Below are positions 36,861-48,774 of a stretch of 64,000 nucleotides of DNA, one piece after another. How positions within the stretch are numbered: the stretch's first letter is position 1; each line of letters starts with the position of its first letter. The translations under genes and the position numbers were made by a program. Below the pieces are notes generated by a model, which did not search any database, was not told the origin of the DNA, and was given only the letters and a program-made list of their open reading frames with translations. The stretch is from assembly GCA_038087875.1 (NCBI GenBank), contig CM075987.1, forward strand, positions 23,934,001-23,998,000, written 5' to 3'. The DNA comes from Malacoraja senta. Lineage: Eukaryota.

Positions 36861-37680
36861 ACTATTTCTTTCAATATTATGATGCCCCAAATTTCTTTAA
36901 AAAAATATATATATATATATATTTTAATTTTATTAGAAGTAAGTACAATCATATGGCACCAAAGTGCCTAATATATATTGACATAATACATTTTATGTAC
37001 AGCTTATTTTTTTAAATTATAATAAAGAAGAAAAAGAAAAAGAATAGATAATAAAAGATAGAAAAACGTGAGATAATTAATGCTCAAAATTTCTTTGCCT
37101 CTCTGTTTTAAAAATATGAAGCGAATTTGCTTCGTAACAGCTGCGTTGTTTCCCAATAGCTTCAAAGCTTCAACTCTCTCGCCTTCATTTGACAACAGTT
37201 TACTGTTTATGATAAATACAAAGCCAAGTTTTAATTAGGCAGATTTTGCCTCTGTTACTTCTCTTTCCCAATTTTTGATGAGTTCCTGGTATTACTGGTG
37301 CACACAGTTGCAATCGGCCAACTCCACAATTTGTCTCTTTCACTGACAGATGAATTGACACATATCGTGATTAGGAAATGGTTCCCCCCGACCAGTTATT
37401 CTGAACCTTCATACCATTCCCTAACCATTGCCACTTTTAATGTAACCGCAGAAATATTGTTTTCAATTGGCTAATTGGTGACACATGCAGGTTGAAACAA
37501 CCTCGTCAATCTGCACAGCAGTGAGACCAAGTGTGCTTGCTATAAACAGGATTATGGTTTCCTTTTTTAAGCCTCTTCACTATTTCCAGAATGTAGGCTT
37601 TGTATTTTCGCACTTGTTTTTCTCAGAGATTGTCCGTCAGTGGATTTTTGTTGGACGCAAAATGCGGGAATAACTGAGCA

Positions 37681-38055
37681 GGTCAGCACGGTGGCGCAGC
37701 GGTAGAGTTGGTGCCTTACAGCGCTTGCAGCGCCGGAGACCCGGGTTCGATCCGACTACGGGTGCTGTCTGTACGGAGTTTGTACGTTCTCCCCATGACC
37801 GCATGGGTTTTCTCCGAGATCTTCGGTTTCCTCCCACACTCCAAAGACGTACAGGTTTTGTAGGTTAATTTACACCACCCTACACACACTAGGGACAATT
37901 TTTGCACTATACCAAGCCAATTAACCTACAAACCTGTACGTCTTTGGAGTGTGGGAGGAAACCGAAGATCTCGAGAAAACCCACGCGGTCACGGTGAGAA
38001 TGTGTGGGGATCGCCGGTCGGTGTGGACCCAATGGGCCGAAGGGCCTGTTTCTAC
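37681..38055 (+). mobile_element. HE1-type SINE with an internal inverted segment
   Basis: Plus strand 37681-37870, minus 37871-37995, plus 37996-38055. Confidence 0.82.
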
Positions 38056-38134
38056 GCTTGCATAATGCACTTGCATGGCCAAGGTTAAGTAGACTGGGAC
38101 TTTATTCCTTGTGGCGCAGGAGGATGAGGGATAA

Positions 38135-39145
38135 AGCAGCATCTCTGGAGAAAATGGATAGGTAACATTTCGGGTCGGGACCCTTCTACAGACTGATTGT
38201 AAGGAGGTGGGGGGGGGGGGGGGTTTGGGGGGTTAGGGGTGAACTGGAAGCAAGAAAGGTTAATTCCCGGGATGGCGTGACTGTCAAATGCTGAGAGAAT
38301 GGAGTGGCTGGGCTTGTACACTCTGGAGTTTAGAAGGATGAGAGGGAATCTTATTGAAACATATAAGATTGTTAAGGGTTCGGACACGCTAGAGGCAGGA
38401 AACATGTTCCCAATGTTGGGAAGTCCAGAACCAGGGGCCACAAATTTAAGAATAAGGGGTAAGTCATTTAGAACGGAGACGAGGAAACACTTTTTCTCAC
38501 AGAGAGTTGTGAGTCTGTGGAATTCTCTGCCTCAGAGGGCGGTGGAGGCCGGTTCTCTGGATACTTTGAAGAGAGAGCCAGATAGGGCTCTTAAAGATGG
38601 CGGAGTCAGGGGATATGGGGAGAAGGCAGGAACGGTGGGGGGGGGGGGGGTATTGATTGGGGATGACCAGCCATGATCACATTGAATGGCGGTGCTGGCT
38701 CGAAGGGCCAAATGGCCTACTCCTGCACCTATTGTCTATTGTCTACTGTCTATTGTCTATTGATCAGGGCAAATCAAGGCCGGCAACAGATACATCTGGC
38801 TGGAAGGTTCCCTGATAGGCCAATTGTTGGATAGGGACAGTGTGATGCCAGTAGGGATTCAACGTTGTGAACACTGGAGCTGGTTAACCCACCTTTACTG
38901 AAGGAAGGAGGAGCAAGGGTGCGAAAAACGAGGGGGTGGGGGGGTGGGGGGTGGGGATGGGGTGGATGTAGAAGTTACATGAAATTAGAGAAGTCAACAT
39001 TCATACCGCTGGCTTATAAGTTACCCAAGCGAAATATGAGGTGCTGTTCCTCCTATTTGCGTGTAGCCCAGTACTGGCAACGGAGTAGTCCCAGGGCAGA
39101 AAGGCCAGTATGGGAATGGGAAGGGGAGTTAAAATGGTTGGCAAT
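38135..39145 (-). mobile_element. Penelope-like element 3' part (GIY-YIG C-terminus plus terminal repeat), interrupted by CR1
   Basis: Minus-strand translation of 39145-38975 gives IANHFNSPSHSH..RK*EEQHLIFRLGNL*ASGMNVDFSNF, typical of the PLE endonuclease end; degenerate hammerhead at 38160-38193. Confidence 0.82.
38258..38762 (+). mobile_element. CR1/HER1 3' fragment
   Basis: ORF 38299-38676; (TTGTCTA)n tail. Confidence 0.9.
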
Positions 39146-39388
39146 TTTCGAAGTTGACCTCGACACACTGATTTGGCCACCCAGCTTCTCCTAGTCTGGC
39201 AACTGCTTTACATCGACTTTTCTGGACTTTATCTTGCACTAAACATCAATCCCTTTATTATGTATCTGTACACTGTGGTTGTTGTCACGTATTGTCTTTC
39301 CGCTGACTGGTTAGCAGGCAACAAAATCTTGACACTGTACCTCGGTACATGTGACGTTAAACTAAACTAAACTGAATGAAGCTGAACT

Positions 39389-39698
39389 AGGTGGCGCGGC
39401 GGTAGAGTTGCTGCCTTACAGCGCCGGAGACCCGGGATCAATCCCGACTACGGGTGCTTGTCTGTACAGAGTTTGTACGTTCTCCCCATGATGGCATGGG
39501 TTTCCTCCAATATCTTCTGATTTTTCCCACACTCCAAAGAGGTATGTTGGTTAATTGGCTTGGTGTATGTGTGAATTGTCCATCCCCACTGTGTGTAGGA
39601 TAGTGTTAATGTGCGGGGATCGCTGGTTTGAGCGGACTCGGTGGGCCGAAAGGCCCGTTTCCGCGCTGTCTCGCTGAAAAAACAACGAAACTAAACCA
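39389..39698 (+). mobile_element. HE1-type V-SINE
   Basis: Head, V-domain and tail. Confidence 0.85.
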
Positions 39699-39834
39699 AA
39701 TCTCTGCTGGAATCCTGGTTGTGGTTGTGAATCCAGCTTTTTTGTGTTTACCTTCAGTTTAAACCAGCATCTGCAGTTCTTTCCTGCACTATAACTGAAA
39801 GAAGCAGGATTTGAGAATAAGAGAATGTTTCTCC

Positions 39835-40066
39835 ATAGAGTCATAGAGACAAAGCCTGTAAACAGGCCCTTCGGCCCAACTTGCCCACACTGGCCAACAT
39901 GTCCCAGCTACACTAGTTCCACCTGCCTGCGCTTGGTCCATATCACTCCAAACCTGTCCTATCCATGTACCTGTCTAACTGTTTCTTAAACGTTGTGATA
40001 GTTCCAGCCTCAGCTACCTCCTCTGGCAGCTTGCTCCATACACCCACCGCCCTTTGTGTGAAAAAG
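39835..40066 (-). mobile_element. CR1/HER1 3' fragment
   Basis: FFTQRAVGVWSKLPEEVAEAG peptide. Confidence 0.85.
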
Positions 40067-40507
40067 TATCTTTGTTGAACAGCACCTCTTTGTATGTTAA
40101 AAAATCGGTTTGCTTTCACTACTTGCAACCGCTCCAGTTTCTGGTAACCATTTCCTCAAATCAACCTTCAATTTGTGAATTGCAGCACTTTGCCTGCAGA
40201 AAGTGAAACCAACACTGACTGCTCAGATACTTGAGAGATGCTGTGATAGCACCCTGGTGTTCGTTGCCGCGGCCAAACTCATTTAACCCGTTGACAGAAT
40301 AATATCTGGTCTAAATTTCTCGGTACCTATGAATGACATTTATATGACATATACATAAAACAATCAACAACTTCTTTATGTAAGTTTCCTTTATTACATT
40401 TTCTGTCACAATTTGTACCAAGTTACATTTTCATAATATGCCAATAAGAAATTTGTAAAAGCTGAAGGCCAGTCAGTCCATTGACTTAATGCAGACTGTC
40501 AGTGTAA

Positions 40508-41003
40508 AGGGCCTGTCCCACGAGCATGCGACTGCATGCGGCAAGAGCGACTTAACGTGGTCGCTTGAGCCGTACGGCCTCGCGGGTCAGGTCCCACTTC
40601 GATCGCCGGAGCCGTATGGAGTTGTGCGGAGCTGGTCCCGACATCGCGCGGGGCTCCGAAAAACTGACACTGTTCAAAAATTCCGCGCGGCAACGGCCTG
40701 CCGGCCCGCAGCCGCCTCGTCGCCGTACGCACCGCCTCAACGGCGTATGCACCGCCTCGACGGGCGTGCGCAGCGTCTTGACGCCGTACGTCACGCGCGA
40801 ACTTCCCGCGGACTTCGCTCGAACTTCACGTCACTCACTCGACCTCCGCGCGACCCCCGCTTCCGGTTTGGTCGCGCTTGCCGCATGCAGTCGCATGCTG
40901 GTGGGACCGGCCCTGTACGGGGATCACTTGACCTCCGCGCGGCCCCCGCTTCCGGTTTGGTCGCGCTTGCCGCATGGAGTCGCATGCTCGTGGGACAGGC
41001 CCT
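40508..41003. mobile_element. PIF/Harbinger-like MITE B (496 bp) with duplicated right end
   Basis: TIR AGGGCCTGTCCCACGAGCATGCGACT.., flanks TAA/TTA, very CpG-rich; right end repeated at an 89-bp offset. Confidence 0.82.
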
Positions 41004-41254
41004 TTAGGCAGCAATACTGTTTCCTCACTTGTTCTCATCCCGTTCCTTCTCTCCAGAGATGCTGCCTGTCCCGCTGAGTTACTCCAGCATTTTGTGTCTA
41101 CCTCCTGTTTCCTCAGGTACAGTATTTATTTTTAATCTATTCTCTCTCACAGGCCTATCAGCACATCCCCCTGAGTCTGAAGAAGGGTCCCTATCTGAAA
41201 CGTCACCATTGGAGACCCTTTAACTATCTTTAATTGGACTTTATCCAACCCTTA

Positions 41255-41908
41255 GATTAGTTTAATTTAGAGATACAGCTTGGAAACAGGTCCTTCGGCC
41301 CACCGTGTCCGCACCGACCAGCGATCCCCGCACATTAAAACTATCCTACACACACTAGGGACAATTTACACATACTCTAAGCCAATTAACATACAGACCC
41401 GTACGTCTCTTTAGAGTGTGGGAGGAAACCAAAGATCTCGGAGAAAACCCACCCCGGTCACGGGGAGAACATACAAACTCCGTACAGGCAGCACCCGTTG
41501 TCGGGATCGAACCCGGGTCTCTGGCACTGCAAGTGCTGTAATGGCCCTGTCCCACGGTACGAGTTCATTCCAAGAGCTCTCCCGAGTTTGCCCTGATTCG
41601 AACTCGGAGATTTACGGCAATGGCCGCTCGTCGGTACTCGGGGCTCTCGTGGACATTTTTCAACATGTTGAAAAATCTTCACGAGTCTTCCCGAGCTTAC
41701 CTGCCGTTAGCGAGTCTTCCCGAGTACCTGCCGTTAGCGTTACGAGCCGCTAAGAGACGTCCCCGAACTCTGACGTACCCGCTACCTTCATTCTCCGTGC
41801 TTACCACGAGTTTGATTTTTTTTAAACTCGGGAGAGCTCTTGGAATGAACTCGTACAGTGGGACAGGGCTTTAAGGCAGCAACACTACCGCTGCGCCACC
41901 GTGCCGAC
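41255..41908 (-). mobile_element. HE1-type SINE interrupted by MITE C
   Basis: Empty site GCTGTAAGGCAGC is restored on removing the insert. Confidence 0.88.
41542..41871. mobile_element. PIF/Harbinger-like MITE C (330 bp)
   Basis: About 48-bp TIR GCCCTGTCCCAC(G/T)GTACGAGTTCATTCCAAGAGCTCTCCCGAGTTT; exact TAA TSD at 41539-41541 and 41872-41874. Confidence 0.88.
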
Positions 41909-42872
41909 CTCATGTTATATTTTACACTAAATGCTGTACCACTTACCCATCATCTGTCCACTGTGGGCGGCTTGACTGTATTCACGTTTTGTCTTTTATT
42001 TGACAATAAAAGATCAATATTAATGCCAATTTCATGAACAACTCAGGAAAGAACAACACAGGGAAGAAACACTCAATGGTAAATGACTTAAAAAGCACAA
42101 CCTGGCCTGTTGGGTGTCTCCAGCATTTTCAGGTTTTATCTCAGATTTCCGTCATCTATATATTTAATTTTCATTTACAGAATGAATTCTGGAGGTGTGT
42201 AGAAAAATGAGCTAGGAGCCTGTTGAAAATGAATAATAGAAGGAATCTCAAGAGAGTTTAAAGCACTGTGCCTGTAATAAAATGAATCAAGCATTTGTTA
42301 AGATCCTTATAGGCTCTAGATATATTAAATATGCACTTAGTTTTATTAAGGCTATTGATTTAATTCGACAAGAGGTAGTATAGTGAAGCAGAGTTTTAGT
42401 CTTTCTTTTAACAATATCCTTCAATGCTATATTAGCGAAAATAGCTCCGGGGTGGAAAATAAATGTTTCAGCTGCAACATTAGAACTCGTTCAAAGGTAA
42501 AAAAACAGTGGGTAACTTTGAGACAAGAGTGCAGTGAGATAGTCCGACTGAGTTAAGGCTCCTTCCAGATTAGGCGTGTCCAAATTTGGAAAAGACTTCA
42601 CTTCCCGCAACCTGCAGCCCGAACCTGACGAATGATAAGCATAAGGATAAAGATAAATCAAAAGTAAAATCCAATTAAAAAATTGGCCGCATGAAACTAG
42701 CTACGATTTAGCTTCTGAGCAGATCGGGAGAAATGAATGCAGTACATACTGGTCCATATTCACTAGAAAATGCTCATTAAATAGAGCACCATTCAGTTGA
42801 TTTACATTTTTAATCAATACATTTTTACACAATGATTTAAGACTGCCTACATAATAACTGACAGCTTGTCCA

Positions 42873-42908
42873 GGGTCTGAAGAAGAGTCTCGACCCGAAA
42901 TGTCACCC
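42873..42908 (+). ncRNA. Minimal hammerhead ribozyme motif (PLE-associated)
   Basis: GGGT-CTGAAGA-A-GAGT/CTCG/ACCC-GAAAT-GTC-ACCC; stem I GGGT/ACCC. Confidence 0.55.
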
Positions 42909-42974
42909 ATTCCTTCTCTCCAGAGATGCTGCCTGTCCCGCTGAGTTACTCCAGCTTTTTGTGTCTACCTTTCA

Positions 42975-44950
42975 CACAATTTGAATTGAATTGAATACAT
43001 TTTATTAGCCAAGTATGTATACATACAAGGAATTTGCCTTGGTGCTTTGCTCGCAAGTAACAACACGATATACAGTAGACAATTAAGAATAAAACATTAT
43101 AATTTAAACATGTGAAGAATGAAATAAAATACCAGAGCAAAAGGAGGCTACAGACTTTTGGCTGTTGAGTAGAGCTACTACTCGTGGAAAAAAAGCCGTT
43201 TTTATGTCTGGCTGTGGCGGCTTTGACAGTCCGGAGTCGCCTTCCAGAGGGAAGTGCGTCAAAGAGTTAGCGGCCAGGGTGAGAGGGGTCAGAGATGATC
43301 TTACCCGCTCGCTTCCTGGCCCTTGCAGTGTACAGTTCGTTGATAGGGGGAAGGTTGCAGCCAACAACCTTCTCGGCTGATCGAACGATGCGCTGCAGCC
43401 TCCGGATGTCATGCTTGGTCGATGAGCCAAACCAGACCATGATGGAGAAGGTGAGGACAGACTCTATGATGGCAGTATAAAACTGGACCATCATTGCCTG
43501 TGGAAGATTGTGTTTCCTCAGCTACCGCAGGAAGTACATCCTCTGTTGGGCCTTTTTGACTGAGGAGTCGATGGTAGCCCCCATTTAAGGACCTTGGAGA
43601 TGATGGTTCCAAGTGTAGGGGTTTAGTCTTGGTCCACTTCGGGCCCAACTGCCCGAGTGATTCTCTCCCTTGTTGGTGGGTCAAACGGCCACCACTCCAC
43701 TCTAGCGGTTCCCAAGAGAGAATACAAAAAAAAGGGGTTCCCCTGGGTTCTAGACCTCGGAATTATGGTGGGATATGATAAAAGGTTGACTTGACTAGAG
43801 CGTGCTGATGAGAGAAAACAGAAGCCAAGACGGACTCAAAGCAAGTCTAAAATTTACAGGCTTTATTGAACAAATGAGAAATTGAATCTCACCAACTCTA
43901 CACAATACGTGACTAAACTTATGCTTTAAACTAAGACTATGGAAAGAAAATTATCGGGCACGTCGTAAAAACTTACTTTACACAATTTTACTTACAAATG
44001 CACCCCCCTTTCCCCTTCCTCTCTCAACCTCTATCTTATTTCGGGAATTTCACCAGGTCGTCTGGGGTACTTACAGCTAGATCGATGCAGGGTCAGGAGT
44101 CGTCCAACAGAGCAGGAAAGGAGAGCGAGCTCTTGCTTGCCTGTCCCTTTTATACCCGAGTTTCTCCCTTGAAACCTCCCAGGTGGTCCTCTGGACAAAA
44201 GGGTCTTTCGATGATTCCCAGTTTCGATCTGGCATGGCATCCGATGATAATGGGTTTGGTGATGTTACGATGCCTCAGCCTGATCATTATCCCATCACCT
44301 GGATGGGCTCCCATTGTCCCGATGGATGGGCCATTTACGATGGTGATTGTCTTGTTGCTGCGCTATTTACCCCCGTCTGCTGGGCTCAGTTCCTTCCTTT
44401 GTCTTTCCAAGATAATCTCGTTATCTCCATCCCGGCCTTTCCTGTTCTCACCATTCGCATAGTCATGTGGCTGCCCAGGCCCACGGACAGGTTTTAAACT
44501 TGTTCTTCTGTGATCCCTTGGGGGTTTTCCTTTTGCAGCCTGCATGTCCGTTTTAAAATGTCCAGGTCCTTATCCCCGAGTTCTTCCATAATTTGAGGAT
44601 TTGCCACAATAACGTACACAAGGAATTTAAAAGACTCCACAGATGTGACTGTGGTGTTGTTGATGGTGAGTGAGGTGAGGGGAGGGGGAGCTCGCCTAAA
44701 GTCTATAATCAATTCCACTGTCTTAAGAGCATTGAGCTCCAGGTTGTTGCGATGGCACCAGGACGCCAGCTGTGTCACTTCCTGTCTCTAGGCAAATTCC
44801 TCCCCATCCTGGATCAGTCCAATCAGGGTTGTGTCGTCCGCAAACTCGAGAAGCTTGACAGAGGACTCTGTGGAGGTGCGGTTGTTGGTATAGAGAGAGT
44901 AAAGGAGAGGGGAGAGTACGCAGCCTTGTGGTGCTCCCATGCTGAGGGTG
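42975..44950 (-). mobile_element. Rex1/Babar LINE (RT C-terminus and 3'UTR) interrupted by a solo LTR
   Basis: WCHRNNLELNALKTVELIIDFRR..VESFKFL and FYTAIIESVLTFSIMVWFGS peptides; (TTGAA)n tail. Confidence 0.9.
43614..44618 (-). mobile_element. Solo LTR, 1005 bp (retrovirus or LTR retrotransposon)
   Basis: TGTA..TACA termini, 4-bp TSD CAAG (43610-43613, 44619-44622), TATAAAA at 44154-44148 and AATAAA at 43867-43862 on the minus strand. Confidence 0.88.
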
Positions 44951-44970
44951 ACAAAGAGGAATGGAGGTGG

Positions 44971-45177
44971 ATAGACATAAAATGCTGGAGAAACTCAGCG
45001 GGTCAGGCAGCATCTCTGGAGAAAAGGAATACGTGACGTTTTGAATCGAGACACTTCTCCAGACCTGAAACGTCACCTATTCCTTCTCTCAATGAGATGC
45101 TGCCTGACCTGTTGAGATACTCCAACATTTTGTGTCTATCTTCGGTGTAAACCAGCATCTGCAGTTCCTTCCTTCAC
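44971..45177. mobile_element. Palindromic Penelope-derived mini-element
   Basis: Inverted terminal-repeat pair; 11-bp TSD AATGGAGGTGG at 44960-44970 and 45178-45188. Confidence 0.82.
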
Positions 45178-45319
45178 AATGGAGGTGGGGCCAAGATGCC
45201 AGGAGTACATTCTGCCTCTTCTAAATGCTGCCAGGGGTCTGAGGGGCAGATAGTGTGTCATTGTATATCATGTCTGACATGACATTTCCAACATTGCTGC
45301 ACCCACAGTCCTCACGTTA

Positions 45320-45595
45320 GGGGAGGTGCAGCTGGTAGAGTTGCTGCCTGACAGCGTCAGAGGCCCAGGTTCGATCCTGACCACGGGTACTGTCTGAATG
45401 GAGTTTATTCCTTCTCCTTGCGACTGTGTGGGTTTTCTCCGGGTGCTTCGGTTTCCTCCCACACTCCAAGGACGAGCGGGCTTAGAGCTTAAGTGGCTTC
45501 AGTGAATTATTCCCGGTGTGTAGGCTAGAACTAGTGTAGGAGTGATCACTGGTCAGTGTGGACCTTCCATGTTGTACCTCTAAACTAATCTAACG
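45320..45595 (+). mobile_element. HE1-type V-SINE (divergent)
   Basis: Head and V-domain. Confidence 0.8.
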
Positions 45596-45779
45596 TTAAT
45601 ACTACAATGTTGCAGCCTGTCAGGTCCATACCCAAGATAGGCACAAGGTGCTGAAGTAACTCAGCGAATCAGGCACCATCTCTGGAGAAAAAGAATGGGT
45701 GACATTTCGGGTCGGGAACCTTCTTCAGACTGTCAGGTCCATGTTAGCTCCCAGCAGGGCAATCCCTTCAGCCCCAATT

Positions 45780-46300
45780 CCTCTGTCGGGTTGCATCACA
45801 GCTTGGTTTGGGAACAGCTCTGCCCAAGGCCGTGAGAAACTGCGGAGAGTTGCAGATGTAACCCAACTCATTACACAGGCCAGATGCCCCACCAGTGACT
45901 TCACGCTGTCACAGAAAAGCAGCCAACATAATCGAGGGCTTGTCCCACCCTGGTCATTCCTTTTGCACTCTGCTCCTGTCAGGCAGAAGACGCAGAAGCA
46001 TGAAAGCGTGACTCAGGAACAGCTTCTTCCCCTCTGTCATCAGTTTCTGAATGGCCCTTCCATAAGCTAGGATACTGTCCGATTCACTCTACCTTATTGC
46101 GGACATTAGACTTTGTTTCTAGGATTGATGCGCTAGAATACTGAGAACTGTACTCTGCACTCTGTAACTTCCCCTTTGCGCTCCCTATTGTACTTGAGTT
46201 TGACTTGATTGTATTTATGTGTAGTATTATCTGGCCTGATTGGATAACATTCAAAACCAAGCTTTCACTGTAGATCGTTACACGTGAGAACAATAAACTT
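45780..46300 (+). mobile_element. Rex1/Babar 3' fragment (older)
   Basis: LSGCITAWFGNSSAQGREKLRRV peptide. Confidence 0.8.
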
Positions 46301-46380
46301 GAACGGAAACAATCCTAACAGCCGTATTCCCCCGCTGGACCCCAGTATTCCCATCAGACCTGTTCTCCCACATCCATTTC

Positions 46381-46725
46381 TTTAGTTTAGTTTAGAGATA
46401 CAGTGTGGAAACAGGCCCTTCAGCCCACCGCCTCTGCGCCGACCAGCGATCCCCGCACACGATGGTCACATCGAATGGCGGTGCTGGCTTGAAGGGGCCG
46501 AATGGCCTACTCCTGCACCTATTGTCTATTATCTATTATCTAACACTATCCCACACACTAGGGACAATTTACAATTTTACCAAAACCAATTAACCTGCAA
46601 ACCTTGGAGTGGGGGAGGAAACTGGAGCACCCAGAGGAAACCCACGTAGGTCACGGGGAGAACGTGCAAACTACTTAGAGACAGCACCCGTAGTCAGGAT
46701 CGAACCCGGGTCTCCGGCGCTGTAT
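46381..46725 (-). mobile_element. HE1-type SINE with a short nested CR1 tail
   Basis: CR1 3'UTR at about 46462-46540 within the SINE. Confidence 0.8.
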
Positions 46726-47273
46726 TGCCGCCCTCCTGTCGCCCTGCGACCCCTCTCAATTGTCCATCAATTCCTCCCTTTGATTCTTTTGCCCTTGATG
46801 TACAATGAGGGGCAAAGTTACTGCAGCTAATTCATCTCTGGCATATGCCTGGGATGTGGGAATAAACTGTCACAGGGAGAGCATGCAAACTCCACGCAGA
46901 CAGCACCTGAGATCAGGAACTGCGGCCCATGTATCAGCACCCGAGTGTCAATCTAGATTTTTTTTTCCCCGATCCCTGGAGAGAAACTTGGTACAGATCC
47001 CTCTGTTTCAGAGGGAGAACACGCCATACTAACCGAAACAGCTAATAAAAGGTGTTTGTGTGCCAAAAACACCCTTGTAAATTTTAGTTGGAACATGCAA
47101 CCTGCTGAAGGAACAACATGCACACATAGTTTGACCTGAGGAACTGAACTTCCTGATGTTCTAACATGTGTGGTTCAACGACCAAAGTAAAAATTGATAT
47201 TCACAGTAATATAGACTATTCATGTTTTAAGTTTTGCCATGGATGAGGCATGTTCTACCTGCATTCGGTCAGC

Positions 47274-47545
47274 AGAGTGGCGCAGCGGTAAAGTTGCCGT
47301 CTTACAGCGGCCAGACACCCGGGTTTGATCCTGACTTTAGGGGTGCTGTCTGTACGTTCTCCTGGTGCTCCGGTTTCCCCCCACCCCCCCCAAAGACGTG
47401 CAGGTTTGGAGGTTAATTGGCTTCAGTAAAATTGTAAATTGTCTCTCGTGTGTTGGATGGTGCCAATGCACGGGGTGATCGAAGGTTGGCGTGGACTCGG
47501 TGGGCCGAAGGGCCTGTTTCCATGCTGTATCTCCAAAGTCCAAAG
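47274..47545 (+). mobile_element. HE1-type V-SINE
   Basis: Head, partial V-domain and tail. Confidence 0.82.
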
Positions 47546-47609
47546 TAAAAGTAACCACACGGTGCGAGTACATTCTGCACTCGATACGTAGAACGACCAA
47601 ATCAGCATC

Positions 47610-47787
47610 GTCTGGAGCGAAGGAATAGGTGACGTTTCGGGTCTGAAAATTTCAGTCTGAAAATTTCAGTCTCGACCCGAAACGTCACCTATTTCCCTCG
47701 CTCCATAGATGCTGCCTCACCCGCTGAGTTTCTCCAGCATTTGCTGTCTACCTTCGATTTTTCCAGCATCTGCAGTTCTTTCTTAAA
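47610..47787. mobile_element. Palindromic Penelope-derived mini-element
   Basis: Inverted pair; CAAATCAGYATC direct repeat on both flanks. Confidence 0.8.
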
Positions 47788-48431
47788 CAAATCAGTATCA
47801 TAGAAATGCCTTGTGCTGCGTTTTAGATTTCATTTATTAATTTGTGCAAATTTATACTGGATTTTCTTTCGAGGCCAGTGGAGCTGTCAAGATGCAGAAA
47901 ATGTCATGTGGATGCAGTCCTCTCTATGTACATGAGGAGGAATAGCAGTTAACCAGCTGTATCTACTCAACCCATTTGTAACTTGGAAACTCCCTGCTGG
48001 ACTCTCTCCAATTTACATGCCTGCTAGTGGCATAGCTGTTTGCAATTCATGGGACCATCCTCACCATGAGATGTCAAATTAACCTTTTGTATATTAAGTA
48101 AATTGGGACTATTCACTGCCACAGCGCAGTCATGTGATGCTTTCATACTGTTAAGTGGTGTCCCTTGGAAATTGGTTGAATATTAAGATGATTTATCTCA
48201 AGAGGCCTTCTGTTTTATTCAGGAAAGAACAAATTTGCGGTGACATAGTGCTTTTCATGAACTCAAGGTGTCCCAAAGTGATTTATAATATTTTGAGGTA
48301 AAGGCAGTATTTTAATGAAAGAAAATTCAGCAACCATTTGTACAGCAGCTAATTGTACAGCAACCTTTCTGAAATAGTGATGTGATAATGAGGGGATTTT
48401 TGTTGTTGAAATTATGTCCATCAATGATATC

Positions 48432-48746
48432 TTTAGTTTCGTTTTTCGTTTAGAGATACAGCTTGGAATCAGGCTCTTCGGCCCACCGAGTCCGCGCCCA
48501 CCAGCGATCCCCGCACATTGACACTATCCTACACACCCTCGGGATCATTTTACATTCATACCAAGCCAATTAATCCGCAAACCTGTACATCATTGAAGTG
48601 TGGGAGGAAACCGAAGATCTCGGAGTAAGCCCACGCAGGTCACGGGGAGAACGTACAAACTCATTACAGACAGCACCCGTAGTGGGGATCGAACCTGGGT
48701 CTCTGCCGCTGCAAGGCAGTAACTCTACCGCTGTGCCACCGTGCCA
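48432..48746 (-). mobile_element. HE1-type V-SINE
   Basis: Full-length on the minus strand. Confidence 0.88.
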
Positions 48747-48774
48747 TGTGTTGGGAATAACTCCTCCGTACATC

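Noticed and set aside
40489..41077. 170-172 aa ORFs
   Set aside because: Lie in a GC-rich MITE and have no transposase motifs
43998..44497. Plus-strand ORFs of 154 and 104 aa in the LTR
   Set aside because: Antisense to the LTR signals and no recognisable domain; worth revisiting only if conserved among LTR copies
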